Shown in pieces: positions 43,197 to 56,620 of a DNA stretch of 64,000 bases; positions within the stretch are counted from its first letter, which is position 1, and each line of letters opens with the position of its first letter. The notes below the pieces were generated by a model. It saw only the letters and a program-made list of their open reading frames with translations, searched no databases and was not told where the DNA came from. A program made the position numbers and the translations under genes. Location: contig OZ024742.1 in the NCBI GenBank assembly GCA_964016885.1, positions 208,134,001-208,198,000 on the forward strand, read 5' to 3'. This DNA comes from Eledone cirrhosa. Its lineage: Eukaryota.

Positions 43197-43200
<4 letters not shown>
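38346..43200 (+). mobile_element. 5'-truncated Penelope-like element PLE-3 with inverted upstream pLTR, interrupted by an LTR element
   Basis: 38346-38775 is the reverse complement of about 42690-43120. ORF remnant RSRNVTWFNPP..NKNTI|KLSYTT..CNC..AYIGLT. (TA)n on both flanks. Confidence 0.88.
39083..41807 (+). mobile_element. Non-coding (non-autonomous) LTR element with 5-bp TSD
   Basis: Direct repeats start TGTAGTGA at 39083 and 41339 (at least 417 bp, to CATTACA at 39499/41755). ACCAT is duplicated at 39078-39082 and 41808-41812, and removing the element restores the PLE ORF. No long internal ORF. Confidence 0.85.
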
Positions 43201-43254
<54 letters not shown>

Positions 43255-45029
43255 CTTCTTCTGATGGCGAATGAACACGTGACATTGAGGCAGTGTCTGC
43301 TACTACAGTCGTAATTTACTCCTACACTTCACACCGCTCTCAGGCACAGAACGGAAACCTGTTGATAACGTGAGTCCCCGTTTCGTTCTACAATTACCAA
43401 AAACTTTCATATTGCGCAAGTCGGATTCTTGATTTGGGATTTATAGAAACCAATCGAGGATATTATAAACGGTCCAGGTGTTTTAAGTGATAGGTGTAAC
43501 CAATCGTTTTAGGGGTAGCTGTAACCTATCGATTTATCGATACATTCTTATTGAGTGCTTCGTGCAAAACATAATTTTTGTTCTATCGCTGAGTTTGGCC
43601 GACCGATTTTACTAAACTTCCTTATATATCTGTAAATATAAATGGGAATTTATGTCTGTTTGTTTGTGAACCTAAAACTCAAAAACTACCAAAGCCGATC
43701 TTGATGAACCTTGACACGTGTGTGGGGCTCATGCCCATTTGATTTCTTACGTATATTTCATTTTAATCAAAGGGCTCCCCGAGGGTTCAAAACCCCGCTG
43801 AAAACCCCCGCGTAATTTTTTCCCTTCAATTTATATGAAATTTAAACCATAGGTAAATGACAAAATATGATGCCTATTCATAAAACTTCAGCCAATTTTC
43901 ATATACTAAGACACCCTAATGGGTGTTAAACCCTCTAGTTTGAACATGTTTGCCAATAAATGGAACAAAATTTCACGAACTCCTCCTATGGTTTTGGAGA
44001 TAGATCCCCGTAACCATATATATTCTGAAACTACATCCAGGGTACTTGTATATGTATATTTCATTTTAATCACAGGGTTCTTCGGGGGCACAAAACCCCT
44101 GTTGAAAACCACCGCTGAATTTTTTTTCCCTTCGATGTATATGAAATATGCGTGTTTGCGAGCGAATGTGTACTGTGCGTGTATATATGGGTACGTGTGT
44201 GTATGTGTGTGTGCGTGGGTGGAGAGGGGGGGTCTATGTATGTATCTGTACGTGTTTACATACACGTATGCATGTGTATGAGCATGTGTGTGTGTGCGTG
44301 TTGATGTATATGTGTCTGTGTATGTACGTGCCTCTCTGGATGATTGTATGCGAATGTTTATACGTTTATATGTTCTCCTTAATGTGTGGGTATAGCGGGA
44401 GTCTATGCGTAAGACTGTAGTTATCTATGTGATTTTGTGTGCGTGTGTGTATGTGTGTGTGTGAGTGCGCGCGTGGATGTGTGAACTACCAAACACAACA
44501 GTAATTCATTGAATTGTAGCAGACATGGGACAGCGGATTGGTACCTGTGGTCAGAATTATGATGATGTAGACAACCAGTGGCCAATCACTGGACGCGCGA
44601 AGAGGATGAAGTTTTTGACGCTACTGGCCCAGAGGGTCAGATACCCCAATGAGAGAATATGCTCCGAAATAATTAGACGTGTCCGTCGAACCTGCGGGTC
44701 CAGAATCAGACAGATCCACACAATGATCTCGTCTCGAGCTGTCCACCGGCGAAACAATTGTAACATACAATAAATTGAGTTCAGATGCATCACTGATTTT
44801 TCGTTTTATATTATATATATATAGTAATGATAATAAATGTGAAGACTTTGCTTAAACTTTAATCTGTCATTTAATAAATATATATATAGTTATACGTGTG
44901 TGTATATGTGTGTGCGCGCGCACGTGTATATGTACACACATACATATATATATATATACACATATACATACATATATATACTACATACACATAAAAATAT
45001 ACTTCACCCATGTGTATGTATAAGTGTGT

Positions 45030-45150
45030 CAAGGCTCATGGATTAGTGGGTCGTGCGTTCGATTCTCCTGAGCGATTCGTTGCCCTGAGCAAGACAATAT
45101 ATTTCATAAAATTATAATCCACTCAGTAGGCAAAAATGAGTTATTCAGGT
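45030..45150 (+). mobile_element. Degenerate SINE (CORE/V-like)
   Basis: gcgttcgattc..ccctgagcaagaca..ccactcagt..aaaatgagt resembles 61195-61430. Confidence 0.45.
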
Positions 45151-45410
45151 AACTCAATCTGTTAGCTATGTCATCAACTGTAGATCGCTGAATCTACCTG
45201 AGAAATAAGTTTGTTCTTTAATTGCATGTGATACCAGTATAGCTATTTGAACAAATGTAACACACGTCATCGGCGATGTCCCACAATGTGTATAGGTTTA
45301 AACATCCTTCGTTCAGTAATAGTCATGGGTTTTGCGCCTAGAAAGTTCTCCTCCGATATGTGTGTTTGTCTGTGTGAGTGTGTGGGTGTGTGCGTGTGTG
45401 GGCGTTTGTG

Positions 45411-45457
<47 letters not shown>

Positions 45458-46246
45458 GCCTGGTAAGTAAGTGTCATTTTGTGTATATAAATTGGCCAGG
45501 ATTTGTTTATTTGTCCGGCAGTTTCCGGCTTATATCTCAAATAACCATCATATCTGGTCGCCATATCACTATCCGCCACCTATGACCAATTATCTACCAG
45601 AACAACTGTGCCGAGAATCTGCCAGTCATATTTACTTATCAACTTTTCTATTCTTTTCATCAAATTCCTAATATCCATATTATTCTAATTCCCCTAAATT
45701 TCTCTGATAAATGTTTTCATCAGTCTCAGAATATATCAAGGTTTTTCACTTTAAATTATTCAAATGATTCTTCTTTATTTCACTTCACTCTCTGTGATTT
45801 AAACATTTTATCTAAACATTTCTTCTATCAATAATTTTCCGATTAGTTTTGCTACTACTTTACATTCTGTCAATCACCCGGTAATTTCAAGTATAGTTAA
45901 CGTTTTAGGGATATTATATATCCAATTAGCTATTAGACTCTTCTATGTCCATCTCAATTTTGCCTTGTGTAATCAGAAACACGTTAATGCATGTATGTAT
46001 ATGTATGATTATTCATCTTTCTCTGTGCACGTACGTATGTAATGATTTCTAAATTTAGCCATCAGGCCCAAAATGTGACACGATGAAAATTCGATTATAC
46101 CGGCTTCGTACTGTACTGTTATCTACTTTATCGATTTTGAGTAATTTAATGCTAAATTTAAACTCGTTGGGAATGAATATTAAAATGTATTGACACACCA
46201 TTTTATCTCTTGCGCTGTCTTCTCTTGTATCTATATACATATGCAA

Positions 46247-46355
<109 letters not shown>

Positions 46356-46363
46356 TATTATTA

Positions 46364-46410
<47 letters not shown>

Positions 46411-47223
46411 TTACGATAAACATGTAGCAAAAGCTTGAAATATTGTGTAAATACCTTAAAGCATTTGCATTTAATTATTTTTACATATGAATATAATTTT
46501 AAGTAGATGTAATTTTAGTGAGAATGACCCAGGAGCAATGAAAGTCTAAATGGTGTATTGGAATTATGACCAGGGAATTGCTGCAGAGTTTACAATACAT
46601 ATCCAGACTGGCATCCTACCAACTTGTCTATTTTCTCCACATCTCTATAATAAAGTAAATAGAAAATACAATTCACTCTAAACAGTCGTGATCTGAGATT
46701 GTAAAAGCTGTATGGGGACATACATATATGTATATTTATTCATGCGTTTCCGCATTTCTTTTCTTCTTTTTTCTTTTTTTTTTGCAAGAATACCAAATGT
46801 TGAGATAATTAGGGCTAGCTATCTCTTTGCTTTTCTGTAACCTGCAAAGACTTCTGATTATTTATTTTACTTCCGAGAGAAAATTTTCTTCCAGATGACA
46901 GATTACACACGTTAGCTATGTCTCAACAGACTATTTCAAATTTAAACAAAGGCCAAGGAGAACTAATGTCTCTAAGGCATAAATCGTTTCTCCTTCGTGA
47001 TTCGTAAGTGATCTCCAAGTGTTAATGTTTAACATTGATATCTTGTTTTACGCGAGACACAGTCCTTTCTTTTAGTTCTTGTTGCTTACAAGATATGTTT
47101 TATAAAATGGGGTAGACGATATAAAAGACAAATATAAGTATATACGAATGGCTTAAAATCTACTGCTTCCAGTATCGTCAGTAGCCCCTTAAGTAACTTT
47201 CGGATTCATATGTTTGTATGAAT

Positions 47224-47289
<66 letters not shown>

Positions 47290-47294
<5 letters not shown>

Positions 47295-47480
47295 AAAATG
47301 TGTAACCCCGACGGCAGAGCTCAAGCCGTTTCGACTGAAATATAGTCCAGAAATAGCCGTCGAAATGGCTTGAGCTCTGCCGTCGGGGTCTTGAACATTT
47401 TCCTATTATCCGCTCTACTACCCGAGTATTGAGTACACTGGTGCGTCATGGTCCATCTGGTTCCTTACCATATTTCCTTC
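47290..47480. mobile_element. Mini inverted insertion of PLE-3 pLTR end in (TA)n
   Basis: 47290-47335 is the reverse complement of about 47358-47406, followed by the tail also seen at 43120-43185. Confidence 0.85.
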
Positions 47481-47504
47481 GTTATATATATATATATATA
47501 TATA

Positions 47505-48745
47505 TATTTGGTATATACGTTCGTATGTGTGCGGGTACTGGTGTCACGCGGATTTATGTATGTGTACGTGCATGTATATGCATGCATAGCGGGTGTTTTG
47601 CGTATGCCTGTGTATGTACATATTTGATACGTTATATGTATATATTTAATTATTTGATTTTAATAACCTCTGGCATTTTCGTTCTACTAATTTATTTACA
47701 TTAATCTTAACTCTGAAGTCAAGAACCATTCGGTTTCCTGTATAGGATACTAGCAGTAAAGCCCGGCGTTGCTCGGGGTCGCTCAGTAGCTGTGTTAAAG
47801 TTACAATGTTAAGTTTCTTTTTTGGCTTAAAAACTGTAGTGTCTACTGTGCAGACTTGCATGTGGTGTTTTTGATTAATATTCCCTCAACCAACAATATG
47901 CCTTATGAAGTTAAGAAAACATAACGATAACCCGAATGTTATAACAAAAGAGGATGCTGGGGATAAAAACTACACTGGTTATTTATTAACAAAGATCGAA
48001 AATGTAAACACTGCAACGCAGAGAAAAACAACGTAAGACGCTCAATGTAAACAGAACAAAGGGAAATAACTCGTCACTTACGCTCAAAAATCGATACATT
48101 AGATTCGATTTCGTCACATAGGGTGGGTCAATTTGAAATATTTTTTTCCGATGTCTTCGCTAGGGCTCAATGTACAAGTATAGCAATTTCGGTGCAATTC
48201 CGTCAGAGATTCTAAGAGGAGATGTGTTCCAAAAATCGATAGACAGACAGACAACCACAGCTTTATATATATAGAACAAATGGAAATAACTCGTCACTTA
48301 CGCTCAAAAATCGATACATTAGATTCGATTTCGTCACATAGGGTGGGTCAATTTGAAATATTTTTTTCCGATATCTTCGCTAGGGCTCAATGTACAAGTA
48401 TAGCAATTTCGGTGCAATTCCGTCAGAGATTCTAAGAGGAGATGTGTGCCAAAAATCGATAGACAGACAGACAACCACAGCTTTATATATATAGATTAGT
48501 CTACGACTTCATTTATACCATAGACGTGGTTTTGTCTTTGCATGTAATTGTTCTTGCGTTCTACATAACGACGTTTTATCTTCGCTTTTTTCCGTTCATT
48601 GCTATGGAACGTCTTCACGAACCAAAGATCTTCCTGTTTTCCTTCAGTTGCAACGTTTTTCGAAATATTTACTTCTGCGTTCACAGATTGTTTTTTTTAG
48701 TTGCAGAAGATCCCGTTTGCTAAAACTTTAATCTGTTATTTTAAT
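47505..48745 (+). mobile_element. Solo PLE-1-family pLTR split by a Helitron
   Basis: 47505-47749 and 48496-48745 align contiguously to about 20570-21097. Confidence 0.8.
47750..48495 (-). mobile_element. Non-autonomous Helitron with ~220-bp tandem duplication of its 5' end
   Basis: On the minus strand: A|TCTATATATATAAAGC...CCCGAGCAACGCCGGGC..CTAG|T. About 48053-48273 is repeated at 48273-48495. Confidence 0.88.
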
Positions 48746-48751
48746 ATATAT

Positions 48752-50693
48752 ATCTATATATATAAATATGAGGATGTGTATGTTAAGGTTTGTAACGGAT
48801 TCACGTCAGCAATTTCCAACGGATTCTATTCAAAGTCAGGACAGTTATTGATGTTGGTCAGGGAAAGGTCATGTAGCAAAAACATTTCAAATCCATCAAC
48901 AATAAGGGCAAAAATCGATCATGATCATTCTCCCTCTCTATAATTTAACTGCTTTACTCTCTCTGTCGCTCTTCACTCCCTATATGACAACACTGCAGAG
49001 AGAGAAGCTATGTGTATGATCAAATGGAGCGTTCCGTATATTCCCTCTCTCTATAATTTAACTGCTTTACTCTCTGTATCGCTCTTAACTCGCTATATGA
49101 CAACACTGCAGTGGAGCGTTCCGTATTGACATACAGCTTATCTGGAGCATTTTCAATCGGCATATTGCAAATAACAACGCGCAAAATAATACTTCATATA
49201 ACAGATTAATGCTAAACACATACGAATCGGAATGTAACCCTGTGATCTATTCCTGGGCAAAATTATTTGAACAGACATGACCTCATTGCCAGAGTGTTCA
49301 GACTGAAACTGGCTAAACACATGGCTTTTATCAAAAAGGGTCAGGTATTTGGGGCTGTAAACGTGACATGTTTACCGTCGAATGGCAAAAACGAGGGCTG
49401 CCACATGCTCATCTTTTGATTTGGTTAGCTGATAAAATCAATTCAAATGCCAGAGACAGCTTCATTTCGGCTGAAATCCCTAACCCAGCAACTGACCAGG
49501 AATTACATGACACCGTCGTAACTAACCTAGTCCGTGTGCGTCGGAACCTAATGAGCATCACACGTGTCTGAAAGGGGGTCGTGCAGTAAAGGATACCCTC
49601 AAAAATGTGTTGACCAGACTCAGACTGGTGGCGACGGATACCCTCTGTACAGACGGAGACGGCCCGAGAACGGTGGCTTCACCACAACAGTAAAAGGAAG
49701 TCAAGTCAACAATAGATGAGTGGTCCCTTACTGCCCGCTTCTCCTGAAGATGTTCAACGCCCACATCAACGTTGAGTTTTGCAACTCCGTCAAGTCGATA
49801 AAATACATATGCAAATATGTAAATAAGGGGTCTGATGCCGCAATGTTCGCATTTCAAGCTGAAAATAGCAGGAACGAGGTCACAGAATACCTGGTGGGGC
49901 GGTACATCAGTAGTAATGTAACTTTTTGGCGCCTATTTGGTTTACCCCTACACCAACGGCACTCCGCCATCGTACAGCGTTCTGTACATTTGGAAAGGGT
50001 TTACTTTACGGACCAAACCACCGCCAGGTTCGCGGCTGATCCGAAAGAGACCACTCTGACGGGTTTCCTCATACTTTGTCAGTTCGATACATTTGCGCAT
50101 ACAATTGTGTACCCCAAGGTTCAATACTACTTTATATGGTCGAAAAGCACTTGCGTGCGAAAAACGTCAGGTCAGGCCATTGAATGACATCCTCGTGAAA
50201 AATTTGACAGCTGTCTTGGAAGGATTTACACTGTGCCCCCATGTCAGCATGAGTGCTTTCATCTCCGCCTTCTTCTGCATGAAGTTGTAGGCCGACAAAG
50301 TTTTCAGGACCTCAAAACTGGTGATGGAGTAATATGTCATACGTACCGGGAAGCCTGCTTTAAGCGTGGTCGTTTGGAAGATGATTCGCAATGGGATTCC
50401 ACTTTAGCAGAGGGTGCTTTGTTGAAAGTAGAGTCACCCATGGCGGAAGGATCTGACACCCACCGGCATCCGGGCCACCATCTTGCAAATTTGGTCTACT
50501 AAATTCGCTATTGAAAGATTATTAAACCATCATAGATTGTCCAAAATGCTCATTGTTTCGTAACCTTTAATAACCGGCTCAAATGTTATATGCACTTAAT
50601 TGATAAGCTTATTCGCTTTCAAGCTACGTTTACTTGTATGTAACCTTTCAAAGCAAATGAACAAACACGAGGACAGCCGAGCTAAACTGCTAG
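48752..50693 (+). mobile_element. Helitron copy 2 (Rep remnant, helicase deleted)
   Basis: 5' TCTATATATATAAA, VEWQKRGLPHAHLLIW, KYICKYVNKG and a 3' end ..gctaaactgCTAG|T. Homologous to 33861-37100. Confidence 0.88.
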
Positions 50694-50726
<33 letters not shown>

Positions 50727-50729
50727 GTA

Positions 50730-50790
<61 letters not shown>

Positions 50791-50800
<10 letters not shown>

Positions 50801-50966
50801 ATAACAAAAGATGGTTAAAAGAGTTCCATGTATTTTATTATGCGCATTTCAAAAACAAACATCATCATGCAATTATTAAATATTATGTATACTCCAGTCC
50901 TACAAATTGTAGAGTGCTTCTTATCCGATATCTGCATTGCTTTATTGTACTACAATAAAACTCACC

Positions 50967-50968
<2 letters not shown>
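50791..50968. mobile_element. Mini inverted insertion of PLE-2 family termini in (TA)n
   Basis: 50791-50875 matches 25501-25580, and 50881-50966 is the reverse complement of about 25421-25505. Confidence 0.8.
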
Positions 50969-51022
<54 letters not shown>

Positions 51023-51404
51023 TGCCCCCTCATTATCGAGTATGGCCATTGCACGACATACCATAATTAATAATTATTAATTAATTCTATCGTGCAATGC
51101 TTGTGCGTGAAGATATGTTTTAAAGTGAGGAAAGGCTGTGCACTGAGACAATCCCACTCTCTGAGCGACAATAGCTATAACCCGAAAAGCAGAAAAGGTC
51201 AACATCATCGGAAGAACACATAAGAGTCAACGGCCATCCGAAAGTGTGTAAATAAGTATATACCCATATACCGCGCTTAAACCACTGGGAGTGAAGGACC
51301 CCTACCCTTTTTCAGGGCATTCTTCTAGGAGAAGGCAACTCAAGAAAATGGGATAACTCCGATATAAAACACGCGGCTCAGTAGTTACCGATGATATATA
51401 TATA

Positions 51405-53150
51405 TATTGTATTTGATTGATTCTTATTAATCATAGAATGTCTGTGCACGTACCACCGTTTTTTGAAAACACCGGTTGTGGAACCAATGCAATACTATGC
51501 CAAGCTACCTTTTTACTACGTTTTTCTCAAGGCATCTGTTTAGTAGAGGGCAATTGTCGGGTAAGTGGCAATTGCATAGAAATGCTTTCCTATGCGCCGG
51601 TTCTACTATATGATTTTGAAGAGTGTTATGTATGGGCTGCGAATTAGGTTTGTTGGTGTATTGTGGTGGTGTTCTTTGGCGTGTATTTTGTTGCGAAGAT
51701 GTAATATGTGTGTGTTCTATATTTGGTGACATGGAACTTATATGGGGGCACCTTTGATTATGAATTCTTATATAGTTAATTTTGGAAATATGCGATTCTA
51801 AGGTTCCACAGCCGGTGTTTTGAAAAAACGGTGGTGCACAGACATTCTATGATTAATAAGAATCAATCAAATACAACAGCTCTTGCCAATAAAATATGAC
51901 AACTCAAGAATGCAGGTATTAAACACGAGATCAGCTAGAAAATACTGTCAACTGCTAAGGCCTATCAAACTGGTATGTCCCATTGTAGGCTCTGTAATAT
52001 GGAGCTCTTCCAAATTCTTAATTTTAGTAAAACCCTTCTTAACAGCAGAATTGAGGGAACTATCTTTTGCCGGCATAAATCAGCAACGAGGTTCCTGAGA
52101 TTTAGACCTACTTAACTCCATTTTCAACTCCTTATTACTTTTTTATACTTTTAGAACGTATTACGATATCAAATTATCACAAACTTTATAATTACGTAAG
52201 ACTAACCTAATAACATTTGTATTAACATCATTATTTTTATTTTTATAAGGGCGGTGGATTGGCAGTATCGATGGAGGGTCGGACGCCATGCTTTCCAGCA
52301 TAGTTACGTGCCTTTACGATCTGAGTTCAAATCCCGCCGAGGTTGACTTTGCCTTTCATCCTTACAGGGTCGATAAAATAAAGTACCAGTAATGCACTGG
52401 GGAATTTGCTGGCCTTGTGCCTAAAGTAGAAACAATTATTTTTATTTTTATTTATATTTACATCATTTATTACCTTATATATATATACACCTTTCACCAT
52501 TTGTCTTTGTATTTCTCCACTTAAACATATTTCATCTCGATCATTTTATCCTATAATATAATACATGTCAAACTAGCTATTTTACATAGTAATGTATATT
52601 CGTCCGTATGTTTATTTTATTTTCTCTCTTCTTCATATCCCCCATATTCATGATTAATTTCTATACCCTCTGCTTCCTCACTCATCCCTCTTAATCTTCC
52701 TCTATTTCTTTCTCATCTTCCTTACTTATCCTTCCTCTTTCCCTATGCTATATCCCCCCTTCTCTCTTTCTATATATATCTTTATTATTATTAATATTAT
52801 ATTTATTTTGATGTGATAGTTTGATTTCGTAACTTTGCCGGTTATACATTTAACTATATCTTCGTTCCTTCTTTCGTCATTTTCTTTCTTTCACTCTCAT
52901 TTCCGTATGTCCCTCTTCCTTTATTTATTTATCATTAATACTCTTATTGATGTAGTAATTTGAATTTTTAAGTTTATCGTTACGCATATATTTTATATTT
53001 CTTAATAGTTTCTAATGAAATGATTGAACTTGAGTTATACTGTCTCCAGTATTTAGCAATTTATAGACAATTCTATCATCGAAACAGTTGTAAGACTGTA
53101 AATAAATATCCTTGTTTGTGCTGTCAACCATGTTATTCTTCACTTATATA
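51405..53150. mobile_element. Truncated PLE (Hydra-like) with 5' inversion
   Basis: Minus arm 51405-51800 (LCNCHLPDNCPLLNRCL). Plus arm from 51800 (AKAYQTGMSHCRLCNME..LLNSR..CRHK). Inverted overlap at 51407-51485 and 51802-51877. Degenerate HHR (CTAATGA..CGAAACAGT..ACTGTA) at about 53005-53108. Confidence 0.75.
52248..52440 (+). mobile_element. tRNA-derived SINE
   Basis: Same family as 13092. Confidence 0.85.
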
Positions 53151-54014
53151 TATATATATATATTCATCTTATATGTGGAGAGTAAATGAGTACAAAAGAA
53201 ATGTAGGAATGTTTCAGAAATAGAGCGAAAAAAATTAGAGAGTGAGAAAAATGGAAATAGTAAGGTACGCCGTTATTATCAGAATGGAAGGTAGATAATG
53301 CTACTAAGAGCTCTTTTAAATCCAATCTTCATATCATAACATGTTTTGCTCAAATCGTCAGAATATTGGAATCTTTAATTTAGCCCTTAAACAACAAGCT
53401 ACTATACTACGAAGGGGGTCATTCTACATGACATATATGCCAAATATGTAAATGGGATACGTCAGAAAAAATGATTTGTATTAGAAAGGACATTTTCAAA
53501 TCAGACATATAGGACCCTATAAATCATTGATTTAGTATTAATTCCATTCCGTATGATGGTAGCTGGAAGAATTCATTTGTATCTGAGTGCAATGGAGTTA
53601 AACTAATTCGAGTCGGAAATAACCGACCGTAGCTGACTGAAAATGCACATGGCAAAAATACATGTTATGCCATTGAACTTTAAGGGACTTCAGAAAACTA
53701 ATTGATAATGGTCTGATGGATAATTTTGATTAATTTTCTCACTTTTTGTCTTAGTTATATCTCACGGATGTCTGAAACCTGCAACATATTTGCCTGACTC
53801 ATCTCATTTCGTTATTTTTGATAAACAGTCGGTCAAATGTAATGGAATAAACAAAATGTCCAAGGCATGTTCCCCTTATCTTGTTCCCTTCACTTATCTT
53901 TGTATGTGTGATGATAGGTTGTGATATAAGGGAGAGTTGTTTGCTATTTCTCTCAGGCTGAATGACTACGCAAAGGCTCCTTCATTAGCTTCTTCGCTGA
54001 TATTATTTATCTAA

Positions 54015-54198
54015 TTGGCAGTATCGGTAGAGGGTCGGACGCCATGCTTTGACGCATAGAGTTACGGCCCTTGTCATTCTGAGTTCAACTCCCGCCGAGG
54101 TTAACTTTACCTTTCATCCTTACGGGGTCGATAAAATAAAGTACCAGTAATACACTGGGAAAATGCTGGCCTTGTGCCAAAAGTAGAAACAATTATTT
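54015..54198 (+). mobile_element. tRNA-derived SINE
   Basis: Same family; attatttatctaa recurs on both sides (TSD-like). Confidence 0.85.
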
Positions 54199-56587
54199 AT
54201 CTAAAATAACCAAATTCTCAACTAATATTCTTTTTTACAAAGAGTGTATTTACTACACCTTTTCGCTAATGCATCGTGACAAGAAATCAAGCCAGGCATC
54301 ATCACCTCACTTAATAAAACATGTTGTCTATGCATATTTAAGAAATAAAAATAGGTCGAATATATCGGTTAACGCATTTGTTGGCTGATATAAAACTTCA
54401 ATCATATGATAATCTCTTTAAATATTCTATCCTATTTTGTCTTTACATCACTTAATATATACGTAACTGTCGTACAATCTCAGGTTTTTCGGCTAAAAGC
54501 AACGATTAATATCATGGGAAATGAATGTTATTTTACGAGAAATCAGCGCAACATTCAACAACAATATGCTATGCTGCTTACAGGTCCACCGTAAATTCAG
54601 CTAATCCACCACGATAGGCGGAAAACAGAATGACGCATTTTTCTTCAGTTTCACTTCGGACAGATGTTATACTGATAAGCTATAGTTATACAAAACAGAG
54701 AGATATGCAGATTTCCTGTCTTCGACAACGTATATTGTTTTACTTTTTAATATTTTGATTATACGTTTGTTAGGGGGAGAAGTGAGGAGAAAGAAAAGTT
54801 AAAAGAAAAGAAAGAACCAGAGACAGATAGAATAAATGTGATGACGAGGGAGCATATTTGGATCGCTTCTTGTTTGTTCTTATTGATGTTTAGATACAAT
54901 CATCACTTACTGAACATTCGTGAATCTCGACTTGAATCTGATTATGTACTTTCAACCATTTATCTTTATATAATTTTTGTTGAATTTACTTTTGTATAGC
55001 AGTGTTGTTTGTTGTTGTTCAGTTTGATTGGTGTTGTCAGCAGAAATATTACGAAAAACATTCCAGCCTCCACCATGCAATATTTCAGACAGAATATATC
55101 AATGACACAATTATCTAATACAGACTTGCCAACCTCTGAAAACCGAAATGGGGAGTGCCATGAAAATAGTGCCCCAAGACGGGAAAAATGAGGCAAAATG
55201 ACAGGATTTTACTTAATGAAAGCAATGCCCATTTTCACAAGAGAACACATCTCTCACCCACCCCAAAGAGGGTAGGAGATCTCCCTGTCGGACGGGGTGG
55301 GTTGGCAGGTCTGCTAATGTCTTATTTCATGTTTGGTAGGATATCATTTCTTGAAGACCAATCGGACCCTTGTTCACAGATTCCTTTCCTTGCTTAACTT
55401 TGTTGCAGCTGTGCTTTGAAGTGTCTCTTAAATAACATAAGTAAATGAAATATAGCCAGTGAATAGAAAGACATAGTAGAGGATATCTTGCTGTATCAAT
55501 ATATTTAAAGTAAATTATGCTTGTATCAGGATTTAGTTAAGATAATTACATGTATTTATTCCGTGTGCTTTTGAGAGACAGCGAGAAAGCTAAATCTCCC
55601 TCAAATCAAACACTTGTAATGTAAAGAACACTGGATAATGTAGATCCCAATATTTAAAAACTAAAGAGGCATGGAGGAGGTAGCGGGCACCGATGTTTTA
55701 CAATTTAAAACGTACATAATAATAGTAAACATTTTATGTTTTTTACGCCTTTTTACATAACTATAATGCAGTTCAAATTGTTTCTATTCGTTGGTAAACA
55801 AATAGAAGTCTTATTCAGAAACGTCGTCGAATTTATACAATGTATGAATATTGTATGCAGTATAATACAACGGTGATGTGTTTATCAGGTACACATAAGA
55901 TCTAGTGAAATGTTAACAAGTCAAGCTAATCCTGCAAGCTAAGGCGTATTTCATGTAACTTAGCGCGAAACATATAGTAAAAAAAAAATAACTTCTTGTT
56001 TGTACTTATGCATTTTTATCTTAAAAATCCCAGCTAATATCTTTCCTATTTCTGATATGTAGTTGAACTGTTGAACGAAACGTTTATTTTAAATACACAA
56101 TGGACTGTATGTATAACCTAGATTTGAACTCAAAATACTTCTGAGATGGTAATCCAATGAAACCAATAATTACCCAGGTATTTCACTTCCTCTTGAATAG
56201 AGTATAAATACTATTCCAGCGCCTGACACAAGCCAACATTATAACAAATATAATACTGTTGAGATTTTATTCATCGGTATCACACTAAGTCGTTTAGTTA
56301 CCACGCACCACTAATTTCATTGTTCAACAGAGTAATTGAACCAACACATATTCTACTTAATTCAGTAAGGTTATAGGTGCTTGTGTGTTTAACTGCTCAT
56401 CTATCACTCATTCTGCCCATCTGTCCGATTGACGCATTGAGTTCTTTTGTTTTTCGTTTTTGATTAATATTGGCTTTACACACAAACCAACCAATAATCA
56501 CGTACACAAAAACATGACCACACACACACACACATATACACACACGCACACACACACATATATATATATATATATACAGACACACAC

Positions 56588-56617
<30 letters not shown>

Positions 56618-56620
<3 letters not shown>

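Noticed and set aside
44520-44790. GC-richer patch with a WTREED (Myb-like) peptide
   Set aside because: It is short, interrupted by stops and has no supporting domain.
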